A stretch of DNA of 24,829 nt from a virus. Lineage: Duplodnaviria > Caudoviricetes. The position numbers were made by a program, and so were the translations under genes. Location: the IMG/VR virus record IMGVR_UViG_3300036713_000194, positions 1-24,829 of that record; one strand, given 5' to 3'. How positions within the stretch are numbered: the first letter of the stretch is position 1; each line of letters opens with the position of its first letter. Positions 17,542 through 24,828 of the stretch are shown piece after piece. The notes below the pieces were generated by a model that saw only the letters and a program-made list of their open reading frames with translations, was not told the origin of the DNA and did no database searches.

Positions 17542-18219
17542 ATGAAAGAATATACAAAAAAAGAATTTAACCGCATTATAGCTCAGGCTAAAAAAACCAA
17601 AACTAAGGAAGAATATGAAAAATTTCGTCAAAAAATGTCTCAAGGCGCTAAAGAGGGAAAATTTAAAGTTGTTGACCGGGCTCCAGGCTTTACAGAGCGC
17701 ATTAATACCTCGCAAACCTCTAAAGGTAAAGGCTATACAGAAAAAATTTCAGACAAAAAAGTAACTAAAGGAGATTTTAGCGCTCCAAAGTATAGCGAAA
17801 AAGCCGAAGTTAAAAAAGTCTCTAAAATTAGTGACTGGGAAGATAAAATAGCTAAAGCTAGAAAGTCCTCCAAGCTTAAACGCTTGGCTAAAATTGGACG
17901 AAAGCTTAAAGGCTTGCCAGTAGTAGGCGCTATAGCAGCTCTAGCTACAGGAGAGGATGCTACAGCCGCAATGCCCATACTAGGCTCAGTAGAGTCTCTA
18001 GGTCGAGGATCAGACCTTACAGATAAGCAAAAACGTATGAGCAGAGAGCAGCAAAAGGCAGAATTTGAACGCAACGTAAGAGAAGCTAAAGAGCGCAACA
18101 AGGGCAAAAATCTACGCCCTGTATCGCTAGCCGAAAACGTGCAAAACTTTTTCAAAAAGCGCAAAAAAGAAGCAGAAGAGCGTCAGCGCCAAAAAATGCA
18201 ACAAAATACCAAAACCTAG
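17542..18219 (+). CDS. Basic hypothetical protein with central hydrophobic segment
   Basis: 225 aa, K/R-rich, with LKGLPVVGAIAALATG..ATAAMPILG in the middle. Confidence 0.65.
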   Translation: MKEYTKKEFNRIIAQAKKTKTKEEYEKFRQKMSQGAKEGKFKVVDRAPGFTERINTSQTSKGKGYTEKISDKKVTKGDFSAPKYSEKAEVKKVSKISDWEDKIAKARKSSKLKRLAKIGRKLKGLPVVGAIAALATGEDATAAMPILGSVESLGRGSDLTDKQKRMSREQQKAEFERNVREAKERNKGKNLRPVSLAENVQNFFKKRKKEAEERQRQKMQQNTKT

Positions 18220-18269
18220 TTATAGCTCGCAAATAGATTAAGCTAAAACTAAGCCTAATAAGGACTCTA

Positions 18270-18737
18270 ATGAGTAAAAATAAGTGTAACGAAAACGACG
18301 TATTTACCAGAGGTGGAGCAAATCCACAAAACTCTGAATATGCAAATACCGTTGCTGATTACACTAATACAGCCACAGGCGACAACATAATAGAATCAAT
18401 GACCTGCGATGCTAGCGTTACAGTTGGAGACGTAGTAAGGCTAAATGCTGGAACAGTGGTAAAAGCTCAAGCTAATAGTCTAACAAATTCAAATATTATA
18501 GGGATATGTGTTGTAAAAAATAGCTCTACAGACTGCAACGTACAGGTAACGGGCTACACAGCATCAGTATTTGGAGGATTAGACACTACTAAAAAATACT
18601 ATCTAAGCGATTCTACAGCCGGAGCAGTTACAACCAACCCACCTACAGCCTCAGGCTCCTATGTTATACGAATTGGAACTCCTAGATCAGCATCTAGCAT
18701 AATAATACAGATAGAACGAGTAGTAAAAAGAGCTTAA
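18270..18737 (+). CDS. Capsid decoration/cement-like protein (DUF2190-like fold)
   Basis: 155 aa; V.VGDVV......V.KA.A......IGI ... GL.....YYLS...G..T..PPT.SG..V..IG pattern, shared with the C-terminus of 19203-20243. Confidence 0.55.
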   Translation: MSKNKCNENDVFTRGGANPQNSEYANTVADYTNTATGDNIIESMTCDASVTVGDVVRLNAGTVVKAQANSLTNSNIIGICVVKNSSTDCNVQVTGYTASVFGGLDTTKKYYLSDSTAGAVTTNPPTASGSYVIRIGTPRSASSIIIQIERVVKRA

Positions 18738-18767
18738 ATTAAAAACATAATAAACAAAGGAATATAA

Positions 18768-19202
18768 ATGACTAAAAAAGTAACTAAAAAAGCATCAAAG
18801 AAAAAAGTAACTAAAAAAGTTGCAGAACCTAAAAAAGATATAGAGCCTATAGAGCCTATAGAGCCTATAGAGCCTAAAGAGTCAAAAGAAAAATGCTTAG
18901 AAGAAGTAGAAATGCTAAAGTTAAACGCTAACCACAACGAACAAGCAGAGCAAACTCTACTAATGCAGTTAACGCAAAAAGATATTGCCTTGATAGAAGG
19001 ACAAAAAAACATCTTAAAGCAAAAAGTAACTATCATGGACTATGAAATCCAACGACTAAATGAAAAAGTCAAGACAAACAAGCAGAAACTTGAGCAACTT
19101 AAAGAGAAACATCGTAAATTTATAGAAGAACTTAAAAACAAACATGGGATTGAAGGTGCATTTGGCTATGATCCAGACACCGGAATCCTTAAGGAGGACT
19201 AA
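18768..19202 (+). CDS. Coiled-coil protein with Lys-rich N-terminus
   Basis: 144 aa; KKVTKK repeats, (IEP)4, long heptad coiled coil, C-terminal GYDPDTG hairpin. Confidence 0.7.
   Translation: MTKKVTKKASKKKVTKKVAEPKKDIEPIEPIEPIEPKESKEKCLEEVEMLKLNANHNEQAEQTLLMQLTQKDIALIEGQKNILKQKVTIMDYEIQRLNEKVKTNKQKLEQLKEKHRKFIEELKNKHGIEGAFGYDPDTGILKED
18840..18875 (+). repeat. Perfect 9-bp tandem repeat (ATAGAGCCT x4)
   Basis: Directly visible; encodes IEP x4. Confidence 0.95.
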
Positions 19203-20243
19203 ATGGCTAAACAATTTATTTTTGTAGATTCAAACGGAGACTACGAAGAAAGTGCAGGTGCTTACGAGCAATCTGATTTTATTAACTCTTCAGCGGGCGT
19301 TGCCGATGCTGGAAAACCAATCGTACTTGATGCTGCTGGTAAAATTGATGCATCAATGCTAGACTTTGGATCAATCGATCACGGTTCATTATCAGGCTTA
19401 GCTGACGACGACCACACTCAGTACATCCTAGTTGACGGTACTAGAGCTTTCACTGGTGATCAATCAATGGGATCTAATCAATTAACAAACGTAGGAGATC
19501 CTACAGTTTTAACAATTGACTCAGCTTCTGATGATGCAATTCCTATGAGCTTACTAGCTTCTACAGCTAACGGCGAAGGTGCTGCAGTAATCGGTATCGA
19601 AGATGCTAGCTCATACTACACAGGAACAAGCATGGAAGCAGCTCTTAATGAACTAGAAGCTCAAATTGGCGGTGCTACTTCTAGTACTTTTGATTTTACT
19701 GAAAACAACGTACTTGCAGACAACGATGCTATCTATGCAGCTTTAGAAAAGTTGGATCTTAAGCATGGTGACTACGCTTCAACTGCAAACGGAGAAGGTG
19801 CTTCTCTAATCGGTGTTGAAGATAGTGCCGGTAACTTTACTGGAACAGATGTTGAAGCTGTACTAGCAGAACTTTACACTCTAGCTTCTAACGAGTACGA
19901 TCAAGAAGTTTCTAACACTGGTGCAAATGTTGACGCAGGTGACTTAGTATATTTCAGTGCTAACGATACTGTAAGTCCAATGCCTATCTCTAGTAATAAC
20001 TACGGTGTTGGTATTGCTTTAGAAACTGTACTATCTGGAAACCCTGTTAAATTTGCTGCTAACGATGCAGTAGTTACTGGTGTTCTTACTGCTGCTACAG
20101 CAGGAGACAAGTACTACTGGGATGGAAGTGCTTTAACTGCTACAATTCCATCTGGATCTGGACAGTATGTTTGGCAAGCTGGTGTTGCTAAAAATGCTAC
20201 AGACTTACTTATCAAATTAAAATTTGTTAAGAAAAACGCCTAA
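19203..20243 (+). CDS. Probable high-copy head fibre / decoration protein
   Basis: 346 aa, acidic; DHGSLSGLADDDHTQY motif; duplicated ASTANGEGA..IG.ED....TGT..EA.L.EL unit; C-terminal DUF2190-like domain. Codon style like the capsid gene; followed by a terminator-like hairpin. Confidence 0.65.
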   Translation: MAKQFIFVDSNGDYEESAGAYEQSDFINSSAGVADAGKPIVLDAAGKIDASMLDFGSIDHGSLSGLADDDHTQYILVDGTRAFTGDQSMGSNQLTNVGDPTVLTIDSASDDAIPMSLLASTANGEGAAVIGIEDASSYYTGTSMEAALNELEAQIGGATSSTFDFTENNVLADNDAIYAALEKLDLKHGDYASTANGEGASLIGVEDSAGNFTGTDVEAVLAELYTLASNEYDQEVSNTGANVDAGDLVYFSANDTVSPMPISSNNYGVGIALETVLSGNPVKFAANDAVVTGVLTAATAGDKYYWDGSALTATIPSGSGQYVWQAGVAKNATDLLIKLKFVKKNA

Positions 20244-20259
20244 TCTATAGGCTTTTAAT

Positions 20260-20290
20260 AGGCAGGGGCTTTGTAGCCCTTGTCTTTATA
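20260..20290 (+). terminator. Probable Rho-independent terminator
   Basis: AGGCAGGGGCT-TTGT-AGCCCTTGTCT (11 bp, two G-U pairs), followed by TTATA. Confidence 0.6.
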
Positions 20291-20314
20291 ATAAAAACGT
20301 AAATAGGAGCTAAC

Positions 20315-20839
20315 GTGGCTGATGATGTAAAAGTATTAATTGTAGAGCGTAATGGAACCGAACTGGATTTCCAAGAAGAATATGCGCTTGATGCTGAAAA
20401 CATTCCAGCAGATAATGTTACCAACGGTCTTACTGGCACCGATATACAAGCTCAGTTAGATGAATTAGCTGCTGGAGGTGGTACAGGCGCTAGTCCAGGT
20501 TTTAGCTTTGGACGTTCTGGAAATTTATCATCTGGAGCTTACTTAAATAATGAATCAGTTCCCTCAAACGTAACAGGACGACCAGTTGAACTAGCCGATG
20601 CTCTTATTACTCAGATATCGGTTTCTAATCAAAATTCAAATACATTCGAAATCGCCATAGAAGAACATGATGGTATTACATATACTGAGTTGGCTACTAT
20701 AAGCCTAACAGCTCAAAGATCTAAAAAACAAACTTATAGTGTCTCTATAACTACTGGAAAAGAATTAGCGGCTAAAGTTAAATCTGGCTCAGCTAAAAAT
20801 CCTGTAGTAACTGTTTACGTAAAAGGAGATGCTAGCTAA
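20315..20839 (+). CDS. Virion fibre/decoration protein
   Basis: 174 aa, GTG start, AGGAG RBS; AENIPADN..NGLTGTDIQAQLDEL neck motif then a beta-sandwich. Confidence 0.6.
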   Translation: MADDVKVLIVERNGTELDFQEEYALDAENIPADNVTNGLTGTDIQAQLDELAAGGGTGASPGFSFGRSGNLSSGAYLNNESVPSNVTGRPVELADALITQISVSNQNSNTFEIAIEEHDGITYTELATISLTAQRSKKQTYSVSITTGKELAAKVKSGSAKNPVVTVYVKGDAS

Positions 20840-21534
20840 TGAAAATACTTAAAAATACTACAGGCTCAATAATAAATATAATAGCTTTAGGTTTGCCAAT
20901 TCCGGCTTCTGGGCAAATAACTATAGAGGTTACTGACTACATACTGTTAGCCAGTTCTGACTCTGTAACAGAATTAACTCCTTTAATAACTAGCGGAGAT
21001 GTAGTTGTTAATGATGGTACTGAAGACTTGAGTGTTGCTAGAGGAATAGCATACATAAAACATCCAGACAATGCCTATAATCAAAAATTTGATCCAACTG
21101 GTTCAGTACTAACAGAAACTAATACAGAATTGGCAATTAAAGAAGCTTCTACTACAGCAGATACTGCACTCAATACACCTAGATATACTTTAATACTGCA
21201 GCATAATGGTACAGTTTCTAATAATACTTTTCTAGGCTACAGTTCTTTAATACCTGGAGACTCTACTCCAGTGATTATACCTACAAAATCAAATTTAGGA
21301 GAATTTGCATTTAGTAACTCTAATAGTAGTGCAGATTATACTTTAGAGTTTAGAATAAATTCTACAACTGGTACAGCATTTTACAATGTCTCAAAAACAA
21401 ATACTCAATTTTTTGTAGATGATATCATTGATCAAGACTTTCAGCAGGGTGATGAAATATATGTTAAGTATGTAGATAATGGAAATAACGCATCTGATGC
21501 ATCAGTATTATTGCAATTTAAAGCATTACCATAA
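20839..21534 (+). CDS. Virion fibre/decoration protein
   Basis: 231 aa, TAATG overlap with the upstream gene. N-terminal domain resembles 21544-22365; C-terminal domain resembles 20315-20839. Confidence 0.6.
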   Translation: MKILKNTTGSIINIIALGLPIPASGQITIEVTDYILLASSDSVTELTPLITSGDVVVNDGTEDLSVARGIAYIKHPDNAYNQKFDPTGSVLTETNTELAIKEASTTADTALNTPRYTLILQHNGTVSNNTFLGYSSLIPGDSTPVIIPTKSNLGEFAFSNSNSSADYTLEFRINSTTGTAFYNVSKTNTQFFVDDIIDQDFQQGDEIYVKYVDNGNNASDASVLLQFKALP

Positions 21535-21543
21535 GGATTAGAC

Positions 21544-22365
21544 ATGAGTTTTACAGTATGTTATATAAAAAATATTGACACAGTTAATCACAGTATTGTA
21601 GGAAAAGAGATAGTTCCTAATGAAGAATATCAGATACCAGATGAAAAGCGCATAGCAGCAGGTAACAATTCAGACATATTAGATAAAATTAGTTCTGGAA
21701 AATTACAAATAGGTAATGGAGCATCTTACTATACTACTACCGCAGATCAAATTAATAGATTAAAAAATATAGACTTGTTAGAAGTAGATGAAGAAGGTAG
21801 GCAAATAAATAGAACCGCCTATGGTAAAAAAGGCTGGACCTATATAGGGCACCCATTTGAGTTTACCACATCAAAGATAAATAGTGTACATTCTAAAGAC
21901 TGGAAAAATGCAGACAGGGCAGATTATATATTAAAATTTTATAAATCAGATGGAACTGAGGTAACTACTCAATCAGATATAGACACATACTGTGTAGAAA
22001 CGAGATTAACTATAAAACCAGACTACGACTATGAAGTAATTGCAGGAACAGTAGATATTCATACAGCCATAACCACTGATGTTAGAATGTGGGTTGTAGG
22101 GGGAGTAATAGATAGTACTACAAACCTTCCATGGGAATATCCAGCTTCAAGTGGAGTATATCATGCTAAAGAATTTGCAGGAGGTATAAATTTTAAATAT
22201 ATAGGAGTAGATCAAAAAATTGAAACAGATGGAAGAGCAGCTAAATATATGAGTAAAACTTCCACAGGAGTTCCATTTAATACAAATCAATTTCAAGTAA
22301 TAATAAGACATCCAGTAGGAGAAAAGCATGATTTTATGCTAACATTGGAGTACTTTAGAGCATAG
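21544..22365 (+). CDS. Probable virion structural protein
   Basis: 273 aa, beta-rich, N-terminal domain similar to that of 20839-21534. Confidence 0.55.
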   Translation: MSFTVCYIKNIDTVNHSIVGKEIVPNEEYQIPDEKRIAAGNNSDILDKISSGKLQIGNGASYYTTTADQINRLKNIDLLEVDEEGRQINRTAYGKKGWTYIGHPFEFTTSKINSVHSKDWKNADRADYILKFYKSDGTEVTTQSDIDTYCVETRLTIKPDYDYEVIAGTVDIHTAITTDVRMWVVGGVIDSTTNLPWEYPASSGVYHAKEFAGGINFKYIGVDQKIETDGRAAKYMSKTSTGVPFNTNQFQVIIRHPVGEKHDFMLTLEYFRA

Positions 22366-22366
22366 C

Positions 22367-22888
22367 ATGAAAACAGAACTTAAAATAGTATTTACAAAAT
22401 CTATAGTTAAAATACCTATATTTTCACGTCTTATAATGTGGTGGACTAATAAGCCATACAGCCACGTTGCTCGTGAAGTTACTAGGCATGATTGGGGAGC
22501 CGGCTACTACCAAGCCAGTGAAGGCAATGTTAACTACGAGCATGAATCTATTTTTAACACTAAGCACAAAATAGTAGCAGAGTATACACTTTTAGTAGAC
22601 AAAGAATTAGAACTCGAAATACGTAAATCATGTTGGCAAGAATGCGGTAAAAAATATGGCATGTTACAAAACTTAGGAATTGTTTTAATAGACTTAGGAC
22701 TTATATCTAAAAATCCTTGGAAAGAAGGTCGCAATTGCTCAGAACTTATATATTTAAAAGTATTAAAAAAAATGTGCTCAAAATTAAACTATAATCCAGA
22801 TACTATAAAACCGCATGAAATAGAAAAAATAATAAAAACACACTTTAAACAAAATCCCAATAACACTTGGGAATTAAAAGGAGAATAA
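22367..22888 (+). CDS. Permuted papain-like NlpC/P60 (YiiX/YebB-like) amidase/peptidase
   Basis: S.LI.W.T..PYSHV (His), GKKYG, NCSELI (Cys), then P..I. His-before-Cys order is diagnostic of the permuted family. Confidence 0.75.
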   Translation: MKTELKIVFTKSIVKIPIFSRLIMWWTNKPYSHVAREVTRHDWGAGYYQASEGNVNYEHESIFNTKHKIVAEYTLLVDKELELEIRKSCWQECGKKYGMLQNLGIVLIDLGLISKNPWKEGRNCSELIYLKVLKKMCSKLNYNPDTIKPHEIEKIIKTHFKQNPNNTWELKGE

Positions 22889-22889
22889 C

Positions 22890-23057
22890 ATGGCAGTATT
22901 AAAACAAATTGGAATGGCTTTACTATCAGCTTTAATGACAGAAGCTTTTGTAAAAGAAATTATTATTTTTTTACTAGAAAAGTTAGTAAAACTTAGCGAT
23001 AACACTGTAGACGACGAACTCGTCGCTAAAGTTAAAGAGGCTTTATTAAAGAAATAA
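22890..23057 (+). CDS. 55-aa small phage protein (absent from ORF track)
   Basis: MAVLKQIGMALLSALMTEAFVKEIIIFLLEKLVKLSDNTVDDELVAKVKEALLKK*; AAGGAG RBS; DNTVDD motif common in small amphipathic phage proteins. Confidence 0.75.
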   Translation: MAVLKQIGMALLSALMTEAFVKEIIIFLLEKLVKLSDNTVDDELVAKVKEALLKK

Positions 23058-23521
23058 AAGAAACCTTTGAGCTTCCCATTGGCACATTTTCAATTAATAA
23101 AATGTATCACAAACAGCGTTCGTTTAAAACTAGGGAAGCTATAGAGTGGTCGTATAACGTCCATAATCTACTAAATCGAGACCAGGATCAAGAGAAATTA
23201 AAAAGGCTAAGGAATACTTTTGATCCAAAGTCTCATTATTATACAGTAGAGATATGGGCTGCTATGCCCAGTTTTTTTACTAAAAAAGGCAATATTAGCT
23301 CTAGAACGCATGATGTAACTAACTTTGAAAAGCCCCTATTAGACCTTTTAACAGATCCAAAGTACTATAACATAGAGCCTCCAGCAGGCTGTCAAAACTT
23401 AAATGTTAATGATAAAATATTCTGCGACTTAGTATCAAAAAAAAGACCGTCAAAAGACGGTCAAGCACGTTTAATAATTACAATAGGGATTAAAGACCTT
23501 AAAGACCTTGATCCGCTATAA
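23054..23521 (+). CDS. RusA-like Holliday junction resolvase (start uncertain; first ATG at 23102)
   Basis: FELPI..FSINKMY N-terminus, D-V-T-N-F-E-K-P-L-L-D (DxxNxxK) and NVNDK..C.L...K motifs of the RusA family. Confidence 0.65.
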   Translation: MKETFELPIGTFSINKMYHKQRSFKTREAIEWSYNVHNLLNRDQDQEKLKRLRNTFDPKSHYYTVEIWAAMPSFFTKKGNISSRTHDVTNFEKPLLDLLTDPKYYNIEPPAGCQNLNVNDKIFCDLVSKKRPSKDGQARLIITIGIKDLKDLDPL

Positions 23522-23822
23522 TGTACAGCAATTCTCCTGTTTCTTTATGCGTAGCAGTTATTATAGGTCCATACTTCTCTACAGCTCTTAACATATCATG
23601 AGAATCTGCCATAAAATCCCACTCAGTTACAGTATCATACTTAGCATTTAACTGCTCTTGAAGCATTTCTGTATGTTCATGAATCTTTTGCATATCACGA
23701 CCGAATTTTTCCATAATAGCATCATATCCATCTTTCCACTCTTTATCAAAAGCATCAAACTGGTCTAAATCTACCGGCAAACCGGATTGTCTAAATGTTT
23801 TTACTTTAAGCACTTCGCTCAT
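23499..23822 (-). CDS. Hypothetical acidic protein
   Basis: 107 aa, AAGGAG RBS on the minus strand; its 3' end overlaps the convergent RusA-like gene by 23 bp. Confidence 0.7.
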   Translation of the reverse strand: MSEVLKVKTFRQSGLPVDLDQFDAFDKEWKDGYDAIMEKFGRDMQKIHEHTEMLQEQLNAKYDTVTEWDFMADSHDMLRAVEKYGPIITATHKETGELLYIIADQGL

Positions 23823-23824
23823 AG

Positions 23825-24370
23825 TTACTCCTTATAATCAAATAATTCTAGCATGTTAATATCGTCCAAATATATAGCTACCTTAGTCTTTCTATACCAA
23901 GGCACCTTACACTCTCCATATAGCCCATGTTCTTTCAACAAACCGCATTTAATAATACCCAATATGCGCACATTTTTACCATCTACTTCAGTAAATATAA
24001 AGTACTCATTGTCTTTAGGATTATTAACTACTTTATCATACCTCTGCAACAGCCAACTATGTCCATACCGCTTACTTGATATCACAGATTGACTCTTTAC
24101 ATGATATATAGCATCGTCAGCCATTAAATCAGCTTCAAAGCTTTTACGCTTAACCTCATATATCTTCATATCAGGCTTAGAAACCTTAATACCTTGATCC
24201 CGTAAAAACTTATAAGCGCCCCATTCTCCTACAGTACCGATAATAACATCTTCAACCATTTTAGGCACACTAGATTCTCCACGATATTTATACTCATCAG
24301 CGCTTAATCCAATACGATCATGGGCAAAGTTTACACACTTTTTATATATATAATCACTTATCTTTATCAT
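23825..24370 (-). CDS. Putative PD-(D/E)xK restriction-endonuclease-fold protein
   Basis: 181 aa; G.VGEWGAY..L helix, ADL and HVKSQ motifs correspond to E...D...xK core positions. Confidence 0.5.
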   Translation of the reverse strand: MIKISDYIYKKCVNFAHDRIGLSADEYKYRGESSVPKMVEDVIIGTVGEWGAYKFLRDQGIKVSKPDMKIYEVKRKSFEADLMADDAIYHVKSQSVISSKRYGHSWLLQRYDKVVNNPKDNEYFIFTEVDGKNVRILGIIKCGLLKEHGLYGECKVPWYRKTKVAIYLDDINMLELFDYKE

Positions 24371-24377
24371 TACTAGC

Positions 24378-24803
24378 CTATAGTAGTAACAGAAGTACGC
24401 TCAAAACACTTCCAATAGTTAATTGATTAATAGTACTTTTTTGACTCTTATTCTGCTTTTTAAGATCTTTAACAAGCTTATCTTGCTCCTTAATAACCTT
24501 ACCCTGCTTCTTAATAGCCTCATTTTGTTCTTTAGCAGTATCAATGCACTTTTCAAGCACTCCAGGGCACGTAACTATATTACTTTCTACCCTAATTTTG
24601 TTCCAGTCAATGTCCTCTTTAGGATTTTTATCCACAGCCTTATTCAGCTCCAGATCCTCTTTAGGATTTTTCTTTATCTCCTTCTGGACCTTGGTTTTCT
24701 TCAACTTGGCTTTCTTCAGCGGATTTTCCTTGACTTCCTTGGCTATAATCGGTGTACAGATCCATAAGCTCAGTATAACTGTCATTAGCTTCTTTAACTT
24801 CAC
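24378..24803 (-). CDS. Exported coiled-coil protein with signal peptide and C-terminal TM (spanin-like?)
   Basis: 141 aa, GTG start with AGGAGG RBS; MKLKKLMTVILSLWICTPIIA signal; coiled coil; ends LTIGSVLSVLLLLL. Confidence 0.6.
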   Translation of the reverse strand: MKLKKLMTVILSLWICTPIIAKEVKENPLKKAKLKKTKVQKEIKKNPKEDLELNKAVDKNPKEDIDWNKIRVESNIVTCPGVLEKCIDTAKEQNEAIKKQGKVIKEQDKLVKDLKKQNKSQKSTINQLTIGSVLSVLLLLL

Positions 24804-24828
24804 GTTTTGCCTCCTTTTTGGCTTTGTT
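24661..24828 (-). CDS. 3' end of an upstream gene overlapping the 141-aa gene (partial; i-spanin-like?)
   Basis: Open from the window edge: NKAKKEAKREVKEANDSYTELMDLYTDYSQGSQGKSAEESQVEENQGPEGDKEKS*, with genome-typical codons (GAA, AAA, GCT, CAA). Confidence 0.55.
   Translation of the reverse strand, partial: NKAKKEAKREVKEANDSYTELMDLYTDYSQGSQGKSAEESQVEENQGPEGDKEKS

Noticed and set aside
17733-18164. 143-aa minus-strand ORF
   Set aside because: Antisense to the Lys-rich 225-aa gene, which fits the operon spacing.
24423-24767. 114-aa hydrophobic + strand ORF
   Set aside because: The Leu/Phe richness mirrors Lys/Glu codons on the coding minus strand; no RBS.
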